Assembly: GCA_039189765.1 (NCBI GenBank)
Contig: JBCCYL010000008.1
Location: 1 to 64,000 of the forward strand
Length of the DNA stretch: 64,000 nucleotides
Origin: Cyanobacteria bacterium P01_F01_bin.150
Lineage (GTDB): Bacteria; Cyanobacteriota; Cyanobacteriia; CAKZMO01
Direction of reading: 5' to 3'
Shown here: positions 33,148 to 50,399 of the stretch, one piece after another
Numbering within the stretch: the stretch's first letter is position 1
Layout of the letters: the number at the start of each line of letters is the position of its first letter
Program-made: the position numbers and the translations under genes
Notes under the pieces: generated by a model
The model's input: the letters and a program-made list of their open reading frames with translations, nothing else
Told to the model about the DNA's origin: nothing
Databases searched by the model: none

Positions 33148-33371
33148 TATGAGATGGTAAGAGTGAAATTTTTAAAGAATGTGGGCACTATAAGCAAGTC
33201 TTGCTAATTCCAAGCCTTTTTGCCCAGTTATCTATCCATAAGGTCTACCCATACGGTTTAATGAGCGATGGGTCTGGCTATTCACTTAAATAGGACTATT
33301 CCCAATATTCATTAACTGTCTAACTATCAAGTGACACTACACCAATCTTAGTCGCACTCACTATCAAACCT

Positions 33372-34127
33372 ATGAATGCATTGAACAGTCGTCAACTATC
33401 TCCACTATTAGCGATCGCCTGCCGATCTACCGGAGCCATTATGATTGTGGCAACCCTAGTTAGTATGATTGTCTTACCATTACCCTATGAATTTCAGAAT
33501 CGGGAATGGCTATTGTTCCGCTTTGTCACTCCCATTGTCGACCGGGGTATTATTTCATTACTGGGAATTGTTTTAGTGTTGGGTAGTTGCTGGATTGACT
33601 CCATTACCCGCGATAACCAAACCAATACAGGAAAAACGTCTCCTCTTCCCCTGGTCTCCTTTAGCACTTCGGGCTTTTTTGCAGCCTTATTTGGGATCTT
33701 ACTTATTCTGCATCTTTGGAATCTTTTTCAGTGGCGAACAGAGCAAATTAACTCTGTTGCAGCACAAGCTGCTGAAGCCGAAACCCAGCTTACTCAACAA
33801 GTCGATCAGCAAAAGGAAATGATTAATACTTTGTTGGAAAATACTGGACTACGACAAGAAGCAATTGCCCAGGGGCAAATCCCTGGTGAAGTGGTTGCTT
33901 TACTTGAGCAGCTTGATGATAATCCAGAAAATTTAACGACTTTTGAGGATCAAATTAAAGAGGGTCTGAGCGATCGCCAACAAGAAATTGGACTGAGACG
34001 TCAGCAACTGCAAGAAGAAGTGGCCAATCGAGCTCTTAAGTCCGGTTTGATGACTGGACTTGATAGCTTACTTTTAACCTTCGGATTTGGCTTAGTCGCA
34101 GGTACAGGATTTATTCTCACCAAATAG
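33372..34127 (+). CDS. HpsJ-family membrane protein (hormogonium polysaccharide/motility associated)
   Basis: Three N-terminal TMs with W....F...IVDRG, a coiled-coil region and a C-terminal TM; next to a GT2 gene. Confidence 0.7.
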   Translation: MNALNSRQLSPLLAIACRSTGAIMIVATLVSMIVLPLPYEFQNREWLLFRFVTPIVDRGIISLLGIVLVLGSCWIDSITRDNQTNTGKTSPLPLVSFSTSGFFAALFGILLILHLWNLFQWRTEQINSVAAQAAEAETQLTQQVDQQKEMINTLLENTGLRQEAIAQGQIPGEVVALLEQLDDNPENLTTFEDQIKEGLSDRQQEIGLRRQQLQEEVANRALKSGLMTGLDSLLLTFGFGLVAGTGFILTK

Positions 34128-34281
34128 AAACGCGATGGAAGCTGAGGTAACACTCTGCATTATTGGGCCAAGAACATGCCTATTCCCTCTTCCAAGATGA
34201 AGAATATGTTTTTACTCTCGATACATCAGCAGAATCCATCATCATGTTTATTGTCCAACTTTACTGAACTTTTACAGTGCT

Positions 34282-35136
34282 ATGATTTCAGTTTTTATTC
34301 TGACTCATAACGAAGAAATTGAAATTGCTGCCTGTATCGAATCAGCTTTATTATCCGATGACGTAATTGTAGTAGATTCTTTCAGTAGCGATCGCACCAT
34401 AGAAATTGCCCAAAAATATCCCGTTCGCACCGTCCAACATGCATTTGAGAGTCACGGCAAACAACGGACTTGGATGTTAGAGTCCGTTCCGGTGAAGTAC
34501 GACTGGATCTACATCCTAGAAGCCGACGAACGAATGACTGTCGATTTATTCCAGGAATGTATCGAAGTATCTCAAAAGGATGAATATATTGGATATTACG
34601 TGGCTGAACGGGTCATGTTTATGAATCGATGGATTCGCCACAGCACCCAATATCCTCGCTATCAGCTACGTCTGTTTCAGCATGGCCGCGTCTGGTTTAC
34701 GGATTATGGCCACACAGAACGTGAAGTCTGTGATGGCAATACCAGTTTTCTCAAAGAAACCTATCCCCATCACACTTGCGGAAAAGGATTTAGCCGCTGG
34801 ATTGACAAACATAATCGCTACTCCACGGATGAGGCATTTGAAACGCTGCGCCAGCTAGAACAAGGCCATGTTGCTTGGTCTAGTCTACTATGGGGTAAAT
34901 CCGAGGTTGAGCGCCGACGAGCCTTAAAGAATCTATCGTTACGTCTGCCCTGCCGACCCATCGTCCGTTTTATTTACATGTATATCGGATTAAAAGGGTT
35001 TCTGGATGGCCGTGCTGGGTTTACATGGTGCATACTTCAAGCCTTTTACGAGTATTTAATTTTGCTGAAAGTCTGGGAGATTCAGAATACTCTTCCCGCA
35101 GGATCAGCAATATATCATTCGTTAGAAGAAGTATAA
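34282..35136 (+). CDS. Glycosyltransferase family 2
   Basis: ISVFILTHNEE, VVDSFSSDRT, LEADER, GFLDGRAG. Confidence 0.93.
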   Translation: MISVFILTHNEEIEIAACIESALLSDDVIVVDSFSSDRTIEIAQKYPVRTVQHAFESHGKQRTWMLESVPVKYDWIYILEADERMTVDLFQECIEVSQKDEYIGYYVAERVMFMNRWIRHSTQYPRYQLRLFQHGRVWFTDYGHTEREVCDGNTSFLKETYPHHTCGKGFSRWIDKHNRYSTDEAFETLRQLEQGHVAWSSLLWGKSEVERRRALKNLSLRLPCRPIVRFIYMYIGLKGFLDGRAGFTWCILQAFYEYLILLKVWEIQNTLPAGSAIYHSLEEV

Positions 35137-35466
35137 ATAGCCAAAACAAAGCCCAGTCTCTATTCATAGTCTTGATTCATAGACCAGTCCACTAAAAAAG
35201 GGAAATACTTATCTACGGAGTTTAAATTCACACAATCTTTATTTTCCTGGAACAAAGAGCATCTGCATTTGTCCTGATTATTAAGGTTCCACGTAGAATA
35301 GATGAGGCTATACGGCTTAATAGTGTCACTGCATAGTGAACCATTGACTAGACTCAGTTTGAAAAACGTAATAGAATCCGGTCAGCTACTTCTGAGTACC
35401 TCTCGTCGTAGGATTATGACGCGTTTGCGTTGAGGTGGTCCGCCATTTTTGGAGAGTGAATTGTCT

Positions 35467-36492
35467 GTGAGTTTCTTAAATCGCTTCTCGTTTTCCCGTG
35501 ACATGGGTATCGATCTCGGTACTGCCAATACTCTTGTGTATGTCTCTGGTAAAGGTATTGTCCTGCAAGAGCCTTCTGTAGTAGCGATGGATCAGAATGA
35601 TCGCGTTCCTCTTGCTGTGGGAAAAGATGCCAAGAGCATGCTGGGTCGAACTCCTGGCAATGTCTTAGCGCTTCGCCCATTAAGAGATGGTGTGATTGCC
35701 GATTTTGATACGGCAGAAATCATGCTGAAGCATTTTATTCGTCGCGTCCATGAAGGACGAACTCTAGTCTCTCCCCGTATCGTCATTGGCATACCAAGCG
35801 GTGTTACAGGTGTAGAACGAAGAGCAGTTGAAGATGCGGCTCGTGAAGCAGGGGCCAGGGAGGTTCACCTGATTGATGAACCTGTAGCCGCTGCTATTGG
35901 CGCAGGACTTCCCGTTGCTGAACCCACCGGCAATATGATTATTGATATTGGTGGAGGAACAACTGAGGTGGCAGTCCTGAGCTTACAGGGTACGGTTCTG
36001 AGCGAATCCGTTCGAGTTGCGGGTGATGAACTGAGTGAAGCGATGATCCAGTATATGAAGAAAGTCCATAATTTGGTGATTGGAGAACGAACAGCAGAAG
36101 AGATTAAAATCACCATCGGCTCAGCTTATCCTCAAGATTATGATGACGAAAATACGATGGAGGTCCGTGGACTACATATGCTCTCGGGTCTTCCCCGAAC
36201 CGTCACAGTGAAAGGTGCAGAAATGCGGGAAGCGATGGCTGAGCCACTAGCAGTGATCATTGATGCAGTAAAGCGAACCCTTGAAAGAACACCACCTGAA
36301 TTGGCGGCTGACATTGTTGATCGGGGCATTATGTTAGCAGGGGGTGGGGCTTTACTAAGGGGCCTTGATACTCTGATTAGTCATGAAACAGGGATTGTCG
36401 TCCATATTGCAGCAGATCCCCTAAGCTGTGTTGTTTTAGGAACGGGACGTGTTTTGGAAAACTTCAAGCAGCTAGCCCGTGTCTTCAAATAG
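35467..36492 (+). CDS. mreB: Rod shape-determining protein MreB
   Basis: [38 protein letters not shown]. Confidence 0.99.
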   Translation: MSFLNRFSFSRDMGIDLGTANTLVYVSGKGIVLQEPSVVAMDQNDRVPLAVGKDAKSMLGRTPGNVLALRPLRDGVIADFDTAEIMLKHFIRRVHEGRTLVSPRIVIGIPSGVTGVERRAVEDAAREAGAREVHLIDEPVAAAIGAGLPVAEPTGNMIIDIGGGTTEVAVLSLQGTVLSESVRVAGDELSEAMIQYMKKVHNLVIGERTAEEIKITIGSAYPQDYDDENTMEVRGLHMLSGLPRTVTVKGAEMREAMAEPLAVIIDAVKRTLERTPPELAADIVDRGIMLAGGGALLRGLDTLISHETGIVVHIAADPLSCVVLGTGRVLENFKQLARVFK

Positions 36493-36563
36493 ACTACACG
36501 ATTAAAAGGGTAAAACTAAACTTAGATCATTGGGGTTGAAATTTTAGAGACTGAGAAGATTGC

Positions 36564-37304
36564 ATGTATACACTGCGCCGTTGGTGGGAACGATATAGTA
36601 TTCAAACTGCTCTGATTGCGATCGCACTCATTGGAGCTTGGGCTATTCGAGCAACCCACGGTCTTTTTCTAGTTGAGCTGTATTATTGGATTTCCTACCC
36701 GTTTCAGCCTCAAGCGTCTTCAGAGCAAGTTCTTGCCGATGTTCAAGTTGCAGAACTCCAAGATCGTCTTTTAGAGTTAGAGGCCCAGAATCAACAGCTA
36801 CAGACTTTACTGGGATATACTTCCCAACTGCCAGAAGAAACAATTAGTGCTCCTATCATTGGTCGTCCACCCGACCAGTGGTGGCAACAAATTACCCTGG
36901 GTCGCGGGTCAGCTGACGGTGTAACACTTGGATCGGTTGTTTGGGGCATTGGAGGTTTAGTGGGAAGAGTGACAGACGTCACTCCACACACCAGTCGCGT
37001 TCTTCTAATTAGTGATCCGTCCAGTCAAATCGGCGTCACCGTCAGTCGCTCAAGAGCGATGGGATACCTGCGGGGGCAAACAGGCAGTAAAGCAGTTATG
37101 GTATTCTTCGACAAGTTGCCGGACGTCCGTCCTGGAGACGTTATCTCCACATCCAAACTCAGTCAGCTTTTTCCATCAGGGTTACCTATTGGTCGAGTTG
37201 AGTCAATTCAGTTAGATAAATCTCCAGCACCAGAGGTAGTTGTTAAGCTCAGTGCACCCATTAGTTCTTTGGAATGGGTTGTCATTCAAAGCACTCAGAA
37301 ATAG
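36564..37304 (+). CDS. mreC: Rod shape-determining protein MreC
   Basis: TM, coiled coil, GLVGRV..SRVLLISD, FPSGLPIGRV; follows mreB. Confidence 0.95.
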   Translation: MYTLRRWWERYSIQTALIAIALIGAWAIRATHGLFLVELYYWISYPFQPQASSEQVLADVQVAELQDRLLELEAQNQQLQTLLGYTSQLPEETISAPIIGRPPDQWWQQITLGRGSADGVTLGSVVWGIGGLVGRVTDVTPHTSRVLLISDPSSQIGVTVSRSRAMGYLRGQTGSKAVMVFFDKLPDVRPGDVISTSKLSQLFPSGLPIGRVESIQLDKSPAPEVVVKLSAPISSLEWVVIQSTQK

Positions 37305-37309
37305 AATCC

Positions 37310-37870
37310 ATGCATATTGCTGATTTTCATCCTCGAATTCGAGAGGTTTTTAACTGTTGCGTAACCCTGGGTTCTGTATTGATATGTACTCTTATTTTAT
37401 TGACTCGCTTTCCAGGCATGGAACTGTTAGGTGTGGGGCCAAACTGGTTACTGATTTGGGTCGTCGCATGGAGCTTACAGCGATCGCCGTTTCAAGGAGC
37501 GATCGCAGGAGTTTGTCTGGGGCTGATACAAGATGGGCTGACGGCGCATATGCCGACCCACACGATTAGTCTAGCAATTGCAGGCATTTTGACAGCTCGA
37601 TTGCAGAAGCAAAAGTATATCCAAGAAGATTTTATTTCCGTCGCTATGATTGTCTTCGGCATGGCCGTTGTACTTGAGACCATTATGGCCGTGCAGTTTA
37701 GCATAGGGGTTTTGATGAACCGTCTACCCAGCACCTACTTTATTCTGACGGACACATGGCTATACCACCAACAAGTTGCCTTAAGTTCAGCCATTCTCAG
37801 CAGTTTGTGGGCACCCGTGGTTTACTATCCCTTGAGCCGATGGTGGAAAGCAATTCGAGCTTTAAATTAA
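37310..37870 (+). CDS. mreD: Rod shape-determining protein MreD
   Basis: Hydrophobic ORF with PNWLLIWVVAWS and GLIQDGLT; follows mreC. Confidence 0.93.
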   Translation: MHIADFHPRIREVFNCCVTLGSVLICTLILLTRFPGMELLGVGPNWLLIWVVAWSLQRSPFQGAIAGVCLGLIQDGLTAHMPTHTISLAIAGILTARLQKQKYIQEDFISVAMIVFGMAVVLETIMAVQFSIGVLMNRLPSTYFILTDTWLYHQQVALSSAILSSLWAPVVYYPLSRWWKAIRALN

Positions 37871-37980
37871 ATGTTCTGAGTTAAGCAATGTGTGACATTT
37901 GAGCAGAGATCATCTGATACGAGATACCTTTCTGAATAAGCCATACTCGTCGAATCATTACTGCTATTGGTGGAAGCATT

Positions 37981-44679
<6,699 letters not shown>

Positions 44680-44819
44680 TCTCAGGCGATTTCTCAAAAT
44701 AAATATACCAACGATGATGGGTTACGCTGTCGCTACAAGCAGCACATTCTTTTTCAGAAATAGCCTCAAAAGATGAACGGTTGCCCCCCAACCCTTTCAA
44801 GGGAGGACATTGCAGAGAA

Positions 44820-46082
44820 TTACTCGGTAAATTTCAACCGATGGCGATGATTCATCACCGATTCCACAATGCCTAAAGATAAAAAGTTCGTTAGCATCGC
44901 CGATCGCCCATAGCTCATCCAGGGCAGAGGAATTCCGGTAATGGGCGCTAAGCCAATCGTCATGCCAATATTCACCAAGACTTGAAAAATAATCATCAGC
45001 AACACGCCAATGGCAAGTAAAGACCCAAAATCGTCTTTAGCATTTTGAGCAATAATCACCAAGCGTAAACATACAACCCAAAATAGAAACAGCACAAGGC
45101 AAGCGCCTGCAAATCCTAACTCTTCGCCAATGGCTGAAAAAATAAAGTCTGTGTGCTGTTCCGGAATAAAGCCAAGCTGAGTTTGAGTGCCCTGGTGTAA
45201 CCCTCTTCCCCAAAGCTGTCCAGCACCAATAGCAATGCGGGATTGAATTAAGTGATAGCCTCCGCCTAGGGGGTCTTTGTCTGGCTCTAAAAACAGAATC
45301 AACCGAGCTTTTTGATAATCTTGGAGCAAGCTCCACAGAAGTTTACCAATACCGCCAGCGAGGAGGTTCATGACTACCATGGCAAAGGTTCCCAACCAGC
45401 GCCACGGCAAGCTGTTCCATGCGATCGCCCCTACTACACCTACCCATAAAAACCATAGGGGCCAGTATAACCCGAACAAAATAGCCGATATTAAAGGGGC
45501 AACCAGCAATGCTAACCAGCCTGGATTAGCATTCGCCCAGTAAAGCATGCCCAGAGTAATCGCCCCAAAGACCAGCGAGGTTCCCAGATCAGGCTGTAGA
45601 AATATCAGTGCCCACGGTAGCATTGTGATGCTCAACACTTTGGCTACGATTGATAGATTCATCGCTTTGCTACGATGTAAGACACCTGCCAGGGTAATAA
45701 TCAAGCCCAATTTAGCAAATTCCGATGGCTGAATATTGAACCCACCAACGGAGATCCATCTCTGTGCACCCAGGGCTTTAGTGCCCACAAATATTACTAG
45801 CAGTAGAGACGCATTGGTGATGCCATAAATAATCCACGTCCATCGCAACAGATTTTCATAGCGCCATCGAGCCAAAGACAGTAGAATACCCACACCTATA
45901 ATGCCTAAAAACCAGTGTTGCCAGGAAAAAAAGACAACATCCTCAGCAATTTCAGTACTGCGAATCATAAATCCACCAATGGTGGTCAAAACAATAACGA
46001 CGACGACCAAGAGCCAATCCAGTTCTTGCCACGGCTGAAAAACGGCCTTCCATTTGACGCGACCGGAAACCTGTTGAACCAT
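44820..46082 (-). CDS. rodA: SEDS peptidoglycan polymerase RodA
   Basis: GAQRWI, QPSEFAK, QPDLGT, GYHLIQS..AIGAG, PEQHTDFIF, TGIPLPWMSYG. Confidence 0.96.
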   Translation of the reverse strand: MVQQVSGRVKWKAVFQPWQELDWLLVVVVIVLTTIGGFMIRSTEIAEDVVFFSWQHWFLGIIGVGILLSLARWRYENLLRWTWIIYGITNASLLLVIFVGTKALGAQRWISVGGFNIQPSEFAKLGLIITLAGVLHRSKAMNLSIVAKVLSITMLPWALIFLQPDLGTSLVFGAITLGMLYWANANPGWLALLVAPLISAILFGLYWPLWFLWVGVVGAIAWNSLPWRWLGTFAMVVMNLLAGGIGKLLWSLLQDYQKARLILFLEPDKDPLGGGYHLIQSRIAIGAGQLWGRGLHQGTQTQLGFIPEQHTDFIFSAIGEELGFAGACLVLFLFWVVCLRLVIIAQNAKDDFGSLLAIGVLLMIIFQVLVNIGMTIGLAPITGIPLPWMSYGRSAMLTNFLSLGIVESVMNHRHRLKFTE

Positions 46083-46108
46083 AAATTACACTTCCCCAGA
46101 CTACAAAG

Positions 46109-48811
46109 CTATTGGACATGGGCAACGGTAACACCACTGCCACCATCTGCCTTATCCGCAGGTTCAAAGCGAGACACTTGGGGATGTTGCTTCAGAAAGG
46201 CTTGGACACCTTTGCGCAACTTACCCGTACCATGTCCATGAATAATCCATAATGGCCCTCCAAGGGAAGAGGCGATCGCCCGATCGATCTCAATCTCCGC
46301 ATCTGCGACTCGACTCCCCCTCAAGTCCAAAGTATTACGAGAGGTACGCACGGCGGGCTGACTTGGCTGAGATTCAGGCACAGCTACTTTTTTCTCAGGG
46401 GTCATTTTAGACGCTTTTTCTTTCTCAGGTACCACCGCTTTAATACCCTGCAACGACTCTACATCTTCCAGTGCTACAGTCATTTTCATTAGGCCAAATC
46501 GCACCGACATTTCCCCATCGGCATCGGGCAGAGTCAACACCTCCGCCACCTGATCAATGCGAGGAATCCGGACGCGATCGCCGACCTTAGGCTCATAGCC
46601 CACTTTCTTTTTCTTCTTCGCCTCCATCTTCCGTTTCTGACGTTCGGCGATTCTATCCAAATCATTAGTTGCCTTATGAGCATCCTGGGCAGTCGTGGTA
46701 CCTTGCTGGAGAGTCCGAATCACCTTAGCAATTTCCCCTTTCGCTTGAGAAATAGCATTTTGAACTTCTTTATCCTGCTGCCGTTGGAGAGCTTTTTCAC
46801 GCTTTTTCAGTAAGTTCGCTTTGCGCAAGACCTCATCATGGAGCTGTTCCGCCTGACGCACCAAAACATTGGCCTCCTGTGCCTTCTGTTCCTGTTCCCG
46901 ACGCTGCTCCTCTAATCCGGCAATAACTTCGTTGACATCCTCATTAGACTGCAAACCCACCTGTTGACGAGCCTGGGCAATCACGCTTTCATTTAGCCCC
47001 AACCGACCAGCAATCGATAGTGCGTTGGAGCGCCCTGGAATTCCCCACAATAAACGATAGGTTGGGGACATACTGACATCATCAAATTCTACCGACGCAT
47101 TTTCAAATCGTTCATCCTGATACTTGAGAGATTTCAGCTCACCAAAGTGGGTAGTGGCAATGGAGAGATACGCATGGTCAGCAAGATGTTGGAGAAGGGC
47201 GATCGCCAATGCGCTACCTTCAGTTGGGTCAGTACCCGCACCAACCTCATCGAGAAGAACAAGGGATTTTGGATTTTGGATTTTGGATTTTAGACCTTGG
47301 AGGGTTGTGGAGTTGGAGGGTTGTGGAGTTAAAGAGTTAGCATTTTCCAATAGCTCCTCTGCTCCCCTGCTCCCCTGCTCCCCTGCTCCTCTGCTCCCCT
47401 GCTCCTCCGCTCCCCTGCTCCCCTGCTCCTCTGCTCCTCCGCTTCCTCGCTCCTCTACTCCCCCGCTCCCCTGCTCAGCATCGGGGTCAAGCTCATGCAG
47501 TAACTCAGCCAACTGTTCGTCTTCATCGGCAGGCTTTTCAGCAGAGGATTCGAGAGGCGACGGTTCAAGAGGCTGGAGGGCATCGAGGATGCGACTAATG
47601 CGGCGAATATGCCCAGAAAAAGTCGAAAGGCTTTGCTGAAGAGACTGTTCGTCTCCAATATCTGCTAACACTTGATCAAACCAGGGTAGCTCTACCGGCT
47701 CACGGGCGGGAATAAACAGACCCACTTTGGCCATAAGCGCAGTAATACCCAACGTTTTTAAGGTGACGGTTTTGCCGCCAGTGTTGGGTCCAGTAATCGC
47801 CACTACACGAATCTGAGGCTGAATATTAACATCAATGGGAACGACCTCTGGCCCCTCTTCGTGATGTTGCAGCCATACGAGAAGAGGATGTCGCAATTGT
47901 CGGAGCACCACTCGCTCATTGTCAGACCGTTCTATAAAACGCGGAGGATTGGCCTCTAGCCACAGACTGTAACGAGCACGGGCTGAAGCAAGATCAAGGG
48001 TAGTGCAAATCACCAACAAGCGCTCAATATCCGGAATAACTTCAGCGACTTTTTCAGTAAGCACGGAGCGAATTTTCTCTTCCTGGGCCTGCTCCTGTCG
48101 TAATGCTTGGCGTAGCTGATTACCTAAAGAAATAACCGCTTGAGGCTCCACGTAAAGAGTTGCACCACTGGCGGAGGCATCATGAACAACACCAGGAATC
48201 TTATCTTTTTGAGGCGCTTTAATGGGTAGCACAAAGCGATCGCCCCGCTGAGTCATCACCATTTCTTGCATAGCGCCGCTATGGCGCTGCATAATGCGCT
48301 GAAGACTGGTGCGGATGCGATCGCGCACCTCTTTAACTTTTTGTCGAATTCCACTCAGTTGCGGATTCGCTCGGTCAGTAACTTTGCCCTGATCGTCAAT
48401 ACAGCGATGAATCTCTTTTTCTAGTTCAGGATAAGTCCGTAACTGTGTAACTAGCGATTGGAGTACGGGTACATCTTCTTGGGCATCAATCGTGCGCCGT
48501 AGGCTCCGGGCAGCGGCAAAAGTCGTTGCCACATTCAAGAGCTGATCACCCGATAAAATACCTTTGCGCTCTGCCCGCTCCAGTGGCTCCCAAATATCCT
48601 CCAATCCATCAAACTTAAGTCCCGTTACCAAGGTGGTCTCTAGATAGTACATTTCCTTGGTTTGGATTAAGAGCGATTCACTCTCTGCTTTCGTGGAAGG
48701 AATGACTAGGCGCTGAGCCGCCATCATCCCTAACTTCGTCGCAGCAAACGTGGAAAGCTGCTGACAGAGACGGGACCATTCAAGTAGTTCAAGAGTTTCA
48801 GATTGAATCAA
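46109..48811 (-). CDS. mutS2: Endonuclease MutS2 with in-frame repeat insertion
   Basis: TGPNTGGKT, IGDEQSLQQSLSTFSGH, LLDEVGAGTDP, C-terminal Smr domain (LDLRG..IIHGHGTG). Confidence 0.97.
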   Translation of the reverse strand: MIQSETLELLEWSRLCQQLSTFAATKLGMMAAQRLVIPSTKAESESLLIQTKEMYYLETTLVTGLKFDGLEDIWEPLERAERKGILSGDQLLNVATTFAAARSLRRTIDAQEDVPVLQSLVTQLRTYPELEKEIHRCIDDQGKVTDRANPQLSGIRQKVKEVRDRIRTSLQRIMQRHSGAMQEMVMTQRGDRFVLPIKAPQKDKIPGVVHDASASGATLYVEPQAVISLGNQLRQALRQEQAQEEKIRSVLTEKVAEVIPDIERLLVICTTLDLASARARYSLWLEANPPRFIERSDNERVVLRQLRHPLLVWLQHHEEGPEVVPIDVNIQPQIRVVAITGPNTGGKTVTLKTLGITALMAKVGLFIPAREPVELPWFDQVLADIGDEQSLQQSLSTFSGHIRRISRILDALQPLEPSPLESSAEKPADEDEQLAELLHELDPDAEQGSGGVEERGSGGAEEQGSRGAEEQGSRGAGEQGSRGAEELLENANSLTPQPSNSTTLQGLKSKIQNPKSLVLLDEVGAGTDPTEGSALAIALLQHLADHAYLSIATTHFGELKSLKYQDERFENASVEFDDVSMSPTYRLLWGIPGRSNALSIAGRLGLNESVIAQARQQVGLQSNEDVNEVIAGLEEQRREQEQKAQEANVLVRQAEQLHDEVLRKANLLKKREKALQRQQDKEVQNAISQAKGEIAKVIRTLQQGTTTAQDAHKATNDLDRIAERQKRKMEAKKKKKVGYEPKVGDRVRIPRIDQVAEVLTLPDADGEMSVRFGLMKMTVALEDVESLQGIKAVVPEKEKASKMTPEKKVAVPESQPSQPAVRTSRNTLDLRGSRVADAEIEIDRAIASSLGGPLWIIHGHGTGKLRKGVQAFLKQHPQVSRFEPADKADGGSGVTVAHVQ
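47264..47476. repeat. Composite short tandem repeats (STRR-like) inside mutS2
   Basis: GGATTTT x4 (47264-47291), a GGAGGGTTGTGGAGTT duplication, and about 15 GCTCC(C/T)C(T/C) octamers (47353-47476). Confidence 0.9.
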
Positions 48812-48921
48812 CAGACTTACAGTAGAAAACTATGGTGAATTTTACATAATAGATGTAGTCACATTCTGACATAGGTTTACCGTCAAAGCAGCACTACAAT
48901 AGCTTCCCTGAAATCAAGAGA

Positions 48922-49001
48922 GACCATCACTTAAGTTGGGAAAGATTGAACGGGTTTCTGGGGCACTTCGTGCCCCAGAAACCCGCTTTAAAATACAAGC
49001 C
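48922..49001 (+). repeat. ~80-bp nested-hairpin dispersed repeat, subtype B
   Basis: CTTAAGTTGGGAAAGATTGAA-[CGGGTTTCTGGGGCAC ttc GTGCCCCAGAAACCCG]-CTTTAAAATACAAGCC. Confidence 0.8.
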
Positions 49002-49028
49002 AAAATTACAAATTTTTAAAAGGAAATA

Positions 49029-49059
49029 GCCTGACCCTATAAGCCCCCAAGGGTCAGGC
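49029..49059. terminator. Terminator-like hairpin
   Basis: GCCTGACCCT-11 nt-AGGGTCAGGC with T-rich flanks on both strands. Confidence 0.6.
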
Positions 49060-49541
49060 ATTTGTTTACTGTAAGGACGCTTTCGTTTAGTACCAAAGAG
49101 CGAAGCAGTATTTTGCCCCCTAACCACTCCACTCTTACAGAATGCGCTCTTGCAGAAGTTAATAGTATTGTGTCACGGGGACAGACGAACAACGTCCTCA
49201 AAAATACTCAATATTGAAAGGGATGATTGAGATATTTGAGTTAGAAATCTTAGGATTTAAGTATTTACACATTGGTCATCTGCCAATCTTATATATATGG
49301 ATGCGCCGCTTGAGGTTTAATCCTTAAGACATTCTATTGCAATAATTATGGGTTCTCACTAAAGTAGCGAACAACGCCTCATGATTGATAACAGAGAATG
49401 CTTGCCATCAACCCACACCCAAAACTGGACTCTTCCTTGAGACAGAATATTAGAACACAAACTGTATCAGCATCGCGTTCCTTGATTTCTCACTCCCGTG
49501 AAGTTGCAATACGACACCACAACATGCAAGCCCAAAAAGTA

Positions 49542-49622
49542 GGCTTGTTTTTTAAGGCAGAATGCTGGGGCGCGGAGTTCCCCAGCATCCCGTTAAATTC
49601 TTCTCAGCTTAAATTTTAAGCC
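49542..49622 (-). repeat. ~80-bp nested-hairpin dispersed repeat, subtype B
   Basis: Reverse complement GGCTTAAAATTTAAGCTGAGAAGAATTTAACGGG-[ATGCTGGGG..CCCCAGCAT]-TCTGCCTTAAAAAACAAGCC. Confidence 0.8.
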
Positions 49623-49679
49623 TTTTTAACTTATGAAAATAAAGATTGCTAATCCTATAGAGTTTTTTTGAGATTAGCA

Positions 49680-50291
49680 TCAAACAACGACTTCAAAATT
49701 AGCTCTTTTATTGAGCGATCGCCGCTCTGCTTCATCTCGCATTGCTGTAATATTTGCTTTCAAGCTATCCATCAATAGACCCTGCACAATCTTCTCAAAG
49801 AACACCGATCCTGCATCCACTTCTGTGCTGTAAATCAGCAACGTTTGTTCCATTCCAGGATGGTCATCCATTTCCACCGCATATAGCTGCCAATGGCCTT
49901 GAAAAGTCTTCATATCACCTTCTACAAGCCGAAAATTAATGCGCTTTTTAGGAATCTCTATATTTTCAGTGCATACTCGCGTCCGTACAGGCGCAAATAG
50001 AATGGTTCGCGAATCGATTTGTTCGACAATATGACAATTTCCCGTCGATTTTAAGACTCGACTAGAGATTACTGTGGGTAAAAAGTGATTAAAGTGCTTG
50101 TAGTCCGTTAGGATATCCCAAACGGTTTCAGTACTTGCCGATACTAAGATTCGGGTTACAAATCGACACCCTGTTGGTGTCACTACAGCTTGCCTGTATC
50201 GCAATGATTTCTGAACAGTTTTAGGTAGGGGACTAATCAGAACATCAAATGAATTGATGGCAGAAGAATAATCAACAGATGGAAACGCCAT
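49680..50291 (-). CDS. SRPBCC/START-like (polyketide cyclase/Coq10) protein
   Basis: VWDILTDYKHFNHFLP..SRVL, INFRLVEGDMKTFQGHW. Confidence 0.88.
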   Translation of the reverse strand: MAFPSVDYSSAINSFDVLISPLPKTVQKSLRYRQAVVTPTGCRFVTRILVSASTETVWDILTDYKHFNHFLPTVISSRVLKSTGNCHIVEQIDSRTILFAPVRTRVCTENIEIPKKRINFRLVEGDMKTFQGHWQLYAVEMDDHPGMEQTLLIYSTEVDAGSVFFEKIVQGLLMDSLKANITAMRDEAERRSLNKRANFEVVV

Positions 50292-50399
50292 AGACCGTTA
50301 TATGATGGCTGCGTAGTTGTCTTTTCCACGCCTAAGAGGCTCAGATATTTTAGCAGTTGTTTTTGCCTTCTAACGTTCTCTAATTCTAAAGATATTCCG

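Noticed and set aside
44784..44808. CCCCCAACCCTTTCAAGGGAGG after rodA
   Set aside because: Single degenerate copy of a common cyanobacterial short palindromic repeat; too weak to call.
47264..47476. Tandem repeats as a CRISPR array
   Set aside because: Units are 7-8 bp with no unique spacers and lie inside a CDS; no cas genes in the window.
47124..47639. 171-aa plus-strand ORF with SAPLLPC repeats
   Set aside because: Antisense translation of the mutS2 repeat insert.
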